Source of the DNA: Hemiscyllium ocellatum
Lineage: Eukaryota
Length of the DNA: 64,000 bases
NCBI RefSeq assembly: GCF_020745735.1
Contig: NC_083414.1
Span: 34,782,001-34,846,000, forward strand
Direction: 5' to 3'
A program made the position numbers and the translations under genes. Shown here in pieces: positions 36,482 through 47,911 of this stretch; position 1 is the first letter of the stretch, and every line of letters starts with the position of its first letter. The notes under the pieces were generated by a model. The model did no database searches and had not been told where the DNA came from. It saw nothing but the letters and a program-made list of their open reading frames with translations.

Positions 36482-39439
36482 AAACATTAGACTATTTAAT
36501 TATATAAGAGCCGAGTGTTGGATATAGTACATCAACATGGATAGAGGACTGGCTAATGAATAGAAAAACAGACTTGAGACAAGGAGGCATTTTCAGGTGC
36601 CACAGAAATCAGTGCTGGGCCCACAATTATTTATACTTTATATTAATTACCTGAATGAGGAAAGTAAATGTTCTGTAGGCAAGTTTGTGGATGTACAAGT
36701 AATTAGATGTACACTTGCAAAGCCAAAGCATTTGAGGCTATGGGTCAAGTGCTGGAAAACAGGATTAGAATAGTTAGGAGGTTATTTTTGACCAGCGCAA
36801 AGTTGATGGCCCAAGGCCTCCCTGAATCTAAGACTAAGTAGAGACGAGAGCAAACTTCTGGTGCTCCTTCTTAACTTAGAGCTAATTAAACTCTGCTTTA
36901 ACTGAGGTGCTTTAACTGAAGGAAGGTGCATTTTGGCAGGTTAAGGAGGAAGCTCACCACCACTTTCTGAAAGCCAGTGAGGGCGAGAAACAAATGTTGA
37001 CATTACTAGCAATTCCACAATAAATAAGATCAAATAGCAATAATAATGATGATCTCCACAGATCAGTATTATAATTATATGTAACTCAAAAAACAGGAAA
37101 TATGTTGCTGGGAATTTGAAATTTATTGCATGTGATGTTTGGCACTGTTTTGCTGATTTATTATATTTCCTGTTTGGGATTTGATTAATATGGCCAGTAC
37201 TGTCATAGTTAGTCATTAATGAACATCATAAATGCAGACAAGTGTTTCCTACCTTCAACAAGTATCACCCACAATTTGCCTGAACTATATTAAAATGCCA
37301 ATAGATCAGTTTTGTGTGGGTCTGCCACTTGCTTCAGAAGGCATGTGTTCTACATGGATTGTACCTGCATACAGCTTCATATAACAGTACAAGTTCTGTA
37401 TGTGGAAGCACACTCTTAGGGTGAGCGTTTCCTTGGGTGTGGTTTGTAATGAAAGGACTTGGGAGTTTTGTGTAGTGCATAAGATAGTGTTAGTTTCCAC
37501 TGTTTTGGCCTGAATCAAGTTCCTTCAGTTTTATTCATCATAAATCTTAGTTTTGCCTTTGTTGGGTCTGTTGGTTTTCATTCATATCTTGTGTACAGTG
37601 AAAGAAGGAGTGAGAGAATGTGGAACCCACTACAACAGGAACTAACTGAACTGAATCATATAGACACATGTAAGCAGAAGCCAGGTAACCATGTGAACAG
37701 GAAGAAAGTAGATGGTTCTGCTGATAAATCTGCCAATAAATCAAGGAGGTTTGAGTAAAGCTAAACCTCTGTTGGACAAAGTGGCTTTTTCTGTACTGTA
37801 ATTCCTACATAATCCTTTGTAACTTTGATTACAACAATTTCTTTTTGACAATTTAGGAAGTTTTTGGTAATAATGTTGCAGTCCATCTATCTGCTCCTGT
37901 TTGCCCTAGTTCTCATTCCATGGGTTGGGTCATGAACTGGATTGGTCCGTGATTGTGGGAGAAGTACTGTAACTGCCTTCTATGATGCCTAACCAGGAGA
38001 GGCTCTCATGCTTAGGGTTTGCATCAGGCTGCATTAGAAAAGTATACAGGCTGATAATCAAACTGCCTGGCTATGAAACAAACTCACCATCAAACCCAGA
38101 GCTTCTGGCCTAGTGACATTACCACAGCATCATAAGACTTCCTGCAGTGCATATATAAATGACATATCCTTCCAACCTGTCCTGTTCTCACTCTCTCTAG
38201 CCAGAATTTCCTTCCTGCACATATCTATTTTGGCACCTACTCAGAATCAGGATATCTTTTCCAATTATGCATAAAATGTGTGTATGATCTCATGTTTATT
38301 ATCTAGTATATCACTCGGTTGAGTGCCAAATCAAATTAAGCACATCTAATTGTGCTTTCTGGATGCAACTATTTTCGATTTTCAGTGTACAAGCTATGTT
38401 CCTCAGCATTCAAGTATTTAAGATTATCTTTCTTCACCGGTCAATTTAAATGTAGCATTAAGATCAATACTATACATTTTAAGGAACTAACTGAGGATTG
38501 TTTTTCTGGGGAAGTACATTCCTATTCTGTCCCTCAGCATTTTCAGTGTTCTATGTGAAGAGAATATAATGGGAAAGTAATTCAGAAAATATTCCTATCC
38601 AAATAGCATCAATAGTTTTCATCAAGAGCAAACATTTAAATACATTGGCCTGTAATTTTTGTTCAATTGTGCTAAATTCTTCAAGTAATGGCGAGAGAGT
38701 CGTTGTAAAAGACTGATGAATTTAAGCATATATAGTGTTCAGCCAAGATTGGGTTTCAGCAACTTTTTTTTGTGCTAGTTTAAAAATATTGCCTACATCA
38801 AGTAGGGCCCACCCATTTGTGCCCACACCCAGACCCATTAGGAGTTTCCAAAATCTGTGCTCATTTGCAGGTCTTTAAGGAGCTGCCAAAACGTAAATTA
38901 GAATTTTTGGAAGAACACTGAAAGGACATTTTCAAAAGGTTTAAATAAGCTTATTTTTAATGTACGCAGTCACTGATTACTGTATCTCAATCAAACAAGA
39001 AAATAATTCAATAACTTTTTCAATAACTAACAGGATTAATAATGATCTAAAATCTTTTCTGCAAAACCAATTTTCAGACAAGTTAATGTTTTTTTTTATG
39101 TATCATGGAATATTTTTAAAGAAATCTATTCTGAAAGAAAATAGCTTACAAGCTTAGTGTGCAATTGCGTGATTAGATGGTAGGTTCTGCATTGAGTGAA
39201 ATGTAAATACATCTGTGCAGAAATACACAGGTGGAGGAAAAACATTTGAAAGTGTGCACAATTTTGGATGTTACATGCACTGGAATAACCTAATTCTGTC
39301 CAAAGTGGGAACTGCCCAGTGTATATTCTATGCTAATATGAACCATACGGAGCCCCAGTCCTCAGGCTACTGCCAACAAATTTAAACAAACTTACTTTTC
39401 TATCTTTATTACAGAGCAATTTGTCTGGTTGCAGTGCTG

Positions 39440-39730
39440 GAAGACGTTAGAGGGATAGGAAGAGAGAATGGCCATAGGTGGTTTTAAAAACAATGATGAA
39501 TATTTTAAATAATTTAAACATTGCTTAACTAGTCAAAGTAGGGAAAGGAGCACAGTGATGGTGGGTGAACAGAACATGGAATGAGTTAGAACATAGACAA
39601 AGAGTTTTGGGAGATTAAGTTTTCACAGGGTAGAATGTGAGATTCCAGCCAGGAATGCATTAGAAAAGTCAAATCTACAGGCAATTAAGACATGGAGGAC
39701 TGATTTGGCAGCAGATGAGCTGCCAGCAGA
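39440..39730 (-). mobile_element. L2-clade LINE fragment
   Basis: Minus frame VLHVLIACRFDFSNAFLAGISHSTL resembles L2 TLIHAFVTSRLDYSNALLAGLP. Confidence 0.7.
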
Positions 39731-41449
39731 GTCAGAGTTACATTGGTTTGATTTGTTGATAAGTGTCACCTCACTTCTACAAGAAAAGCAGTGGAAGGTG
39801 TTAACATTCTTTAGAGCCATATTTTTGAGAGGCTCATCATGTTGATGTGATCATAGACAACAAGCTCAGGAGTAGCAACTGGCTTATTTACAAGTGAATG
39901 GAGAATGATAGTTTACCTGTTGGCAGAGCCCCCAGGGTTAACAGTGGAAAGGTCATGGAAATGGTGAAGGGCAAAAACAAAATTAGTATAAGGCACGATA
40001 AGCAGGATGAATGGCTTGCAAAATGGGACAATTTTGGGTTGCAACTCATAAGGAGACAGCAATGTGCTTTCATTCGTCCTTCAATTGTATCAAGAGATGT
40101 GCAGAGAGAGCATCTTACTCGTACTGGCTGACATTTACATGGATTCAGAAGCTCAATGCACAATTATCAAGTCGGGGCAGTCGAGCCTCCGGAAGTAAAA
40201 CATGAATTCAGCAAACATTCTGAAATTGCAAGCAATTAGTTAGGCCCAAGGAGGCAGAACTTGGAACTTCACAGTGTTGTCACTACCAGCATTACATGAA
40301 TTATCTTACACTGGCTGTTTTCAGACATGTGAACAGGTATACTTTATAGGGAGTATGGTGAGATTAGAATGCAGCTCAGTGAGTTTAGACATGATCGCAT
40401 AGCAACCACATGTTCATCCCTTTCTTTGAAGCCCTGCTCACAAACAATTGCATTAAGAGCTGAAAAATTAAAGCTACTTGATTTTCTGCTTAACATTATG
40501 GTTTAGGGAGATTGGAGTTCATATCTAATTATTTTTAAAATATTTTATAAATACAAATTCTTTAAAGAATCCACTGCGCTGAAGTAGGCCATTCTGCCTA
40601 ATTTATCTGTACTTCTGTTTATACTCCAAGCAGTCTCCTACCATTCTAATGAATTCTTTCTACTCCCTTCTCCCTAGTATTTCATAGCTTGCATACATAA
40701 TGTTAAAATCCCCTCTGGGTGATCCCACAAGATCTCTTACATGAGCTGTTCGGTGCCACTTGAGATCTTCATTGTTAATCTTCCCCAATGCTTTTAACTA
40801 TCCTACAAGAGGTGCTTGTCACAAAGACAGAAGGTAGCAGGACATCAAAGGCCTGTGCCTAGTGTTGCTGGCAGTTACTGCACTGTAGTCCAGGGGTTGG
40901 TGAAGTCAGCTACATTGTACAATAAATTTGTCTGCATTAAGGAAACAACCCTAGCATATCCAATCTTTCCTAATACCAGTAATGTTCAAGCCCTGGCAAA
41001 ATTTTGTAAATCTCCTCTGTGCTTTCTCCAGTGCAATTATGTCCTTTCTGTAACATGGTGACCACAACTGTACACAAAGCTGTAGTCTAACCAGCATTCA
41101 CACAGTTCCAACATTACATCTCTACCAATGCATTCAATACCTCACCCAACGAAGGTAAGCATCCCATATTTCACACAATATATAGTTCCCATATCTACTA
41201 TGTTCTCAAACTCATTACCATCTTCCAGGATATGAATATTTTGGTGTATTTCCATTCACTGAGTTGCTCAGTTTCTGGTAACTTGTTTACCATTTTATTT
41301 CTTTGCTCTGCGCATCCTTTTCCAGGACTTTCCCTGGCCTCTGCATTTGATTCCCTTCTGTCTGTGAAGTTGTGTAGCATCCACAGTACTAATGTATCTT
41401 CTCCCTGTCTGATGTGCATTCCTTTGGTACTCTTTCACTTCATCAACCC

Positions 41450-42000
41450 TGCTGCCTTTCTATGGACTTAACTGAAGGTTAGTCATGTATGTCATCAGTG
41501 CTTTAATTTCTACTTGTGCTCTGGCAGTGCTGATAGCCTGTAATACTATGAATCTGGTCTTTTCAAATAAATCATTTTAAACTTGATGTCATGTAGAACT
41601 CCAGATGAACTGACTTACTTTCACTGGCTGCATTTCTCTATTTTGGTAAGAAGTGGTCAGCAATCTGACTGAGTTCTTGTCATACTTATCAGCAGGTTTG
41701 ATGATCTGACTTTGATCGAAGTTGCATGCATTTTTTGACAAAAGTGCTTATCTGATATCTTGACCCATCTCCCAGCTATTAAGAAATTGACTTGCCCTCA
41801 CCTGCCCACAAAAGGATGTATCTTTTCTCTTCAGAGGTGTCTTTTAGAAAGCTACTGAATGTCAGTCTGCACTTCTGTTTGCTAAGGCCTGTACAATATC
41901 ATCATATCCTGAATTCATCATAGCCGTCACCTGTGTGACGAGTGGCCATTTCGTTTTCACTTGATTACTTTTTTCTCTTCTATGCCCAGTTCCAGTGAAG
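41450..42000 (-). pseudogene. Possible decayed Gypsy-like gag
   Basis: 41880-41779 reads KQKCRLTFSSFLKDTSEEKRYILLWAGEGKSIS*, resembling Gypsy gag N-termini. No LTRs or pol seen. Confidence 0.4.
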
Positions 42001-42735
42001 GTATGTCCTATTCATTACTTAAAAAATGAATTAAGTTTGTATGGAAGCTTCTGGAACTGAGATGAACAAGATTCTGCAAATTCAACACAAACTACTTCAT
42101 GCTTTCAAAATGCTCTGAACTGAACTCCTCTTTTCAGGAATTCAGTCCTTCAATGATGCAGACCTCCTGTCGTTTGACATCAGCCATTGTTTCAGAATAA
42201 TTGGGCTTCCAGACCTTAACAAAAGGGAATGACACAAATCCAGTTATCCATCGGATAGCAATAGCTTTTCAACTAAAGCCATTCTGGGTAGGCGGTAACA
42301 ATCAATAATCTAAGTGACATTGGCCTTTGATACCAAAATCCTTTATTATCCAAGGAACCAGATAGATACAGCCATTCTGCAAAGTACAGCACTTCAGAAT
42401 ATCAACCACAGACCTAGGCAATTACAGCAATACCTTTTTTTGAAGGCTGCCACATCTGCAAAAGTCTTTCAGACTAACTTCTAAGCGAAATCCCCTGTAA
42501 TGAAACCTGACCTCCTGGTAAGGAAACTACCATCATTTACTGCTGAACATTCATTGCTTCAGCAGAATACTGCAATCCAAGGCTGTCAAAACCACATAAA
42601 CTACGTTTTTGGACTGAAAATGCCACCTTCAAATCATCCAGAAAGACAGCTTTTTCTACAATAAGCCAAACACATTGGCCAATAACTACTCTTTTATTTA
42701 TAACTTGTAAAAGTGCTCTAGTCTCTTGAACTTTA

Positions 42736-42850
42736 ATGTGTATGTCTGTCCACGTGTGTCCATGCAAGCGTGTGTCTGTGCGTGTCTGCATGTGCACAGG
42801 TGTCTGCCCGAGTGTGTCTGTATCTGCATGTGAATCATAGCGTGTGTGTC
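42736..42850. repeat. Degenerate (TG)n-type microsatellite
   Basis: TGTGTATGTCTGTCCACGTGTGTCC...GCGTGTGTGTC. Confidence 0.8.
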
Positions 42851-44212
42851 CACAGAAAAATGGCCAGACTTTAGGAATGAATAGATAATGGTCTTTATTT
42901 AAACCCATAAACACTTGCTGCTGTTTAAAATTTAAATTTACCATATAAAATACCAAGGCTTTTAAATACACACATCTTCATTTTAAAAAAAACTCATTAT
43001 AGTCAGAAAAGGCAATCGTTTCAGTTTTCTCCGGACCCTTTCCATAGCTTTGTTTGGCACTGATTCAGGTTAATTTTTCTCAATCTAATTCAAACTGAAT
43101 CAATCTAAAATATTTGGATCTTACTCAGAGAGAACTGTTACTGCTCTGTTACATCTTCTGGTTCCAGGAGTTTGAAATAATCACACTTTTGGTTTCTAGA
43201 TTCCAGAACTTCAACAAGCATATTTGCTATTGCTCTCCATGTAAATGATGAATCAGAACATTTTTACTGAATATTTGACTGCAGTGCAGCATTGAATGTG
43301 GCATTTGAATGTAAATGTGCATAATAATTTAATATTTTGATCAATAATACAGCAATAAAGAAGGCCATTTTTTTCCATCAGAATACTGCCTTTATAACAT
43401 TAATAAGATGATGGAAATGTAGGATGGAGGTTTAGATCAATTAATCTTGTAGCTGTTAAGAGTTTGTTAGCCTCACAGTCATTCAATAGTGAACAACAAC
43501 AATTTTTATGAATACAGAAACACAGCAACATTGGGCCGTGGCATTTGCTTCTGTTAAAAATTCTAAATTTGAGAAGTTTGATGTATTGATCTGCATCATG
43601 ACATTCAGTCTGAAACAAAAACATTATTGAGTTCCCTCTTTGGTGTAATTCCTAAACATTTTCTTTTGTTCCATTAAGGTACAGACCCATCAAACTCTCA
43701 TCTCTGTTTTTAGTCAATGGAGCAAGATTTTGTTTTCTTGTCTAATACAATAACAGGAAGCAAGAATTAACATGGAAGGAAAAGGAGATAGATGTCCTTG
43801 TGCTTTCTATTTTGTTTTTGGTTAAATTTTCAACCAAAATACTCACATTTACAGTACCAATGTCTGACAACACCAACCAACTCTGTTACTAAGCAAACTA
43901 TAAAAGAAAGAAATAGGCAGCAAACACAGAACTAGACAGATTTAAATTGAAATCCAAATGAAAGCTGAAAAAGAGTTTGATAATAATTCCACATAAAATT
44001 TTGAATAGTACATTTTGCTAGAAAGTGCGACAATCCTTTAGACAGATTTTAAAAACATTCGATCAACTTTAGCAAAAAAAATGTCAATGTGATTGATACT
44101 TCTGCTTTGTTGTGAGAATAAATTTGTTTGTAAATATGATAAGTTACTAATAGTTTTAAATAAGCCTTCCAAATTATACATAAAAACTGACATGAATATA
44201 GCATGATACAGG

Positions 44213-44280
44213 GAGAAAGGGAGGACTGCAGGTGCTGGAGATCAGAGTCAAAAAGTGTGACGCTGGAAAAGCACAGCCAG
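44213..44280 (-). mobile_element. PLE family A 3' tail fragment
   Basis: GAGAAAGGGAGGACTGCAGGTGCTGGAGATCAGAGTC...GGAAAAGCACAGC. Confidence 0.7.
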
Positions 44281-44869
44281 TATTTACCACTTTAAGCAGT
44301 GACTCAACTGAAACTGTGATCTTCCTGTCTTGTGATATTATGTGCACGAGGAGTTGGGGCCAGATTGGGCCCAAACAGCAAATTATTTAATAAGTCCCTT
44401 GTAAGGCCAGAGGCACAAGAGTGCTCTCTTACTCTCCACAGGAAAAACTTAAGTACCTGCTGACATGGATTATTGCCTCCACTCACCACCCTGTGCAAAT
44501 CATAAGGTCCCTCCCAAATATCTTCAATGCATGAGTTCCATAGAGGGCATCTTTATTCTCCAAACATAGCTTCCTGCATGGTCCTTTGTTTCTGCCCATT
44601 GGCCAATTGTCACTACTCAGATTTTTGGTGGCCATCTTAAGACATGCGGGCAGTGGTCAGGATTTACAATAATTCAGGCATTACATTGCTCAGGTCAGAA
44701 CAGTTTTCTACTAGCTTCAGCCTCCATCTGACTGATTTCTGGCTCCAAGTTAAAATCAGGGCTTACCTACCTGACTTAAAAATGTCATTGTCCTGTAGTG
44801 AGAGGAATGTTTGAACACAACTCAAATCCTTTAGTTTTATATAAGTATAGGAAGAATTGAGGTGATGAT

Positions 44870-45500
44870 GATGATAGAGGAGCAAGGCTGTGAGCGGGCT
44901 CCTGAGCTCAGGGCTTGAACACTCCTGTCTGCTTTCTTTCTTTTGTTTAATTTTAACTTCTGCTCTTTTTCTTTTTTTTCCTCTTGTTTTTCTTTTCTTT
45001 AAAGCCTTTTGTGGCAGCTTAATTGGCACAGCAGTGAGAGAGGACTGTGCGTGGAATGGTGGCAGTATCCCAGGGTCTGAGGTGGCAGTGGCTGCAAATG
45101 AGGCTCCTTCTGGTGACTGGAGGTGGCAGTAAGGATGCCCTCCTGGTATTCAGGGCTGGCGGTGTGGCAACTGTGGCAAAGCTCCTCCCAGTGATCAGAA
45201 GCAGTGACAGGAAAAGGATTCTCCTCCCAGCAAATGCTGTGAGTCTCGCAGGCTGACCAAGGCTTCAGGTGTGGATAGGCCCAGTCATCTTTATCAGTGG
45301 TTCCAAACACATTTATGGAAAAAGTCTGAGACTTTGAGATCTGGATGTTTTTCTAATGTTTTGATTTTCTTTATTTTTGCTGGGTTTTTTTTCTGAGATT
45401 CTGGTTTCATGACCATGATGATGCCGAAGAATGGTGACTGTCCATTTTTCATCTAGTTGAGTACTTGAGTACATGTGACAATAAAATCTAATTCTAACTC
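44870..45500 (+). mobile_element. Non-autonomous retroelement with a Rex-Babar-like tail
   Basis: T-rich 5' tract, GGTGGCAG-rich middle, and the tail GTACTTGAGTACATGTGACAATAAAATCTAATTCTAA. Confidence 0.55.
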
Positions 45501-45563
45501 AACTGATAGTTCAGACAATGTATAGCTCAGGAATAGGTGCATCTACACAGGTTTCTAAACATG

Positions 45564-45928
45564 AAGGAGGAGAAAGTGAGGACTGCAGATGCTGGAGATC
45601 AGAGTCGAGAGCATGGTGATGGAAAAGCACAGCAGGTCAGGCAACATCACCGTTTCAGGCAAAAGCCATTCATCAGGAATGAGGCTCATGAGCCGGGGTG
45701 CTGAGAGATAAATGGGAGGGGGCGGGGCTGGCAGAAAGGTAGTTGAGAATGCAATAGGTAGCTGGAGGTTTGAGAGGTGAGAGGTCGGAGAGGAGGGTGC
45801 AGCAGATAGATGAGAAAGACGATGGACAGGTCAAGAGGTTGATGCTGAGATGGAGGCTTGGGACTGGGAAAAGGTGGCCGGGAAGGGGCGGGGGGGGGAA
45901 GAAACTGGTGAAATCCACATTAATCCCA
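45564..45928 (-). mobile_element. PLE family A terminal repeat with a damaged hammerhead
   Basis: Minus strand CTGATGAATGGCTTTTGCCTGAAACG, with the UH cleavage site deleted. TSD TTTCTAAACATG / TTTGTAAACATG. Confidence 0.8.
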
Positions 45929-47177
45929 TTTGTAAACATGTCAAATACATTTTAAACTGTTGAACACAATTTCAGCAGAGTAAGGAGCATTGTTAGTTTG
46001 CTGACTTTCAACAACTCTCTGCTGCTCATCTCACTTCATTCAGCAATATGTAGCATTGAATTGAGACGTTTCTGCATTAATAAGCTTTGTAATATAATGA
46101 ATGAACCAACATCAATTATATCCAGGAAGTACTCATTTGATCACATCTGCTGTAACGAATAATTAATGGTTGTGAGTAAACCAGATGAAACCAGATTAAT
46201 GCTTCATCCAAAATACTTTAAACTGCACAAAATCCAGTTCTTCATGTAACATAAGAAATAATATGAATTCCTATAAATCAGAAACATTTTCTCAAGCAGA
46301 AGAGGGAAAAAGCAAGGAGACCTGTTTTCCTAGGTGTCTGTCCTTTAATATTGCTGCAAAATTTCTTGCCGAGGGTGAGACCAATCTGGGGATCCAACAC
46401 AGAGATAGAAATAATGAAACAGGGGTTAGGCCTCCTGTTCTTAATGTTCTTTTAAAGTATCTCATTCCTCTTCCGATTGAATGTACAAAACAAAAAGAGT
46501 TGGAGGTAACAGATCATGCTAAAGAGTCAATGGAGATCATCAACTCAGTTCCAAGAAGAAAAAAGTGAAATTGAGATTTGTCTGAATTCCACCTTAAAGC
46601 CTGAAGCTTCTTACTGCAGCTCAGACTTGAGGTAGGACTTTCTTGCAGCCATAAATTTGGACCTCACACAGTTTTCAATTTATTTGTACATTTTCACTCC
46701 TTTCGAACAATCCTGTTTTAGATTTGTCGTTCAAAATAGGCAATTCTCCTTTATATGATCAAATCTTTTGGTCATGATCAGCAAAGCTTTAAAACCAACC
46801 ACTTAGTCCACCAAATCTGACAAACCATCTTGGCTTTCTCACAGCACATTATAATGCCAGGGCCAGATATAGCTGTACAGAGAGGTTGTCAACTAGATGA
46901 AAAATTTGACCTCTTATGTATTACTGATATTTCACAAGAATTATTTGTAATAATGAAATAAGACACTGGTTTATGGTAGATTATGTTCTGTAAAAGAGCC
47001 TTGCATCTCTTAAAAGAGTTCATTAAAAGATGCAGATAAATAGAGAGAATAGATGAAGGTTGACTTGGAGTTCACAAAGTGGATAAGAAGGATTTTTTGA
47101 AAATGCTGGTGTTGGACTGGGGTGTACAAAGTTAAAAATCACACAATACCAGGTTATAGTCCAACAGGTTTAATTGG

Positions 47178-47217
47178 AAGCACTAGCTTTCGGAGCACCA
47201 CTCCTTCGTCAGGTGGT
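47178..47217 (-). ncRNA. Minimal hammerhead ribozyme, core intact (PLE family B)
   Basis: ACCAC-CUGACGA-A-GGAGU(GGU)GCUCC-GAAA-GC-UA-GUGCUU. Stem I CAC/GUG, stem III palindrome AGCU. Confidence 0.78.
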
Positions 47218-47224
47218 ACTCCAC

Positions 47225-47265
47225 AACCACCTGATGAAGGAGCAGTGCTCTGAAAGCTAGTGCTT
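47225..47265 (+). ncRNA. Minimal hammerhead ribozyme, core intact, G-U closing pair in stem II
   Basis: AACCAC-CUGAUGA-A-GGAGC(AGU)GCUCU-GAAA-GC-UA-GUGCUU. Confidence 0.72.
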
Positions 47266-47705
47266 CCAATTAAACTTGTTGGACTATAACCTGGTATTGT
47301 GTGATTTTTAAAGAAGGATTTTGTTTATTTATAGGAAAGATTTCCTCAAATTAAAAAAAATGGAATATTCAGTTGATTAGTCAGAATTTCTGAATGGAAT
47401 AAGTAAGTTAATATTTCAGGTAAGGGCCTTTCTACAAATAAAGTCATATGGGTTGGCAAATTAGCAAGGCAAAAGCAATAAGTCCCAAACTTTGCACTTT
47501 GAGGAGAAACTAGCAGAATCTATGTAATGAGTAAAATGGAGAGCGAGAAACCCAAGATATGAGGAAAACACTGAACCACAAATGAGCCAAATGATAAAGT
47601 CTGTATGCCAACCACACATATCGAATGAAAGTGGTCACCATTATTTCCTTTACCTACAACATTTTCTCAGTAGAGGTAGTGAACATTTTCATCTTTATTT
47701 CCAGG

Positions 47706-47834
47706 TAAAAACAATGACTGCAGATGCTGGATACTCCAGAATCTGGAGTAGAGTGGTGTTGGAAAAGCACAGCAGTTCAAGCAGCATCAGAGGAACAGTA
47801 AAATCGACATTTTGGGCAAAAGCCCTTCATCAGG
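47706..47834 (-). mobile_element. PLE family A-related 3' end (hammerhead to tail), fused to tRNA-Asp
   Basis: Minus strand CCTGATGAAGGGCTTTTGCCCAAAATGTCGATTTT (CpG-decayed hammerhead)...CCAGCATCTGCAGTCATTGTTTTTA. Confidence 0.8.
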
Positions 47835-47839
47835 TCATT

Positions 47840-47911
47840 TCCTTGTTAGTATAGTGGTTAGTATCCCTGACTGTCACGTGGGAGACTGGGGTTCAATTCC
47901 CTGGCGAGGAG
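47840..47911 (+). pseudogene. tRNA-Asp(GTC) pseudogene
   Basis: TCCTTGTTAGTATAGTGGTTAGTATCCCTGACTGTCACGTGGGAGACTGGGGTTCAATTCCCTGGCGAGGAG, 72 nt, anticodon GTC at 47873-47875. About 10 differences from vertebrate tRNA-Asp as I recall it, mostly CpG transitions. No CCA. Confidence 0.9.

Larger units (their letters stand above)
47097..47310. mobile_element. PLE family B hairpin with two back-to-back hammerheads
   Basis: About 87-bp arms (47132-47217 and 47226-47310). 12-bp TSD AAGAAGGATTTT at 47085-47096 and 47311-47322. Confidence 0.88.

Noticed and set aside
47097-47310. Hairpin elements as DNA-transposon MITEs or miRNA genes
   Set aside because: Long variable TSDs, asymmetric tails, variable centres and hammerhead motifs point to a PLE origin. 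There is no expression evidence for miRNA.
47840-47911. Functional tRNA-Asp gene
   Set aside because: Multiple CpG transitions weaken the stems, and it lies within a TSD-flanked insertion.
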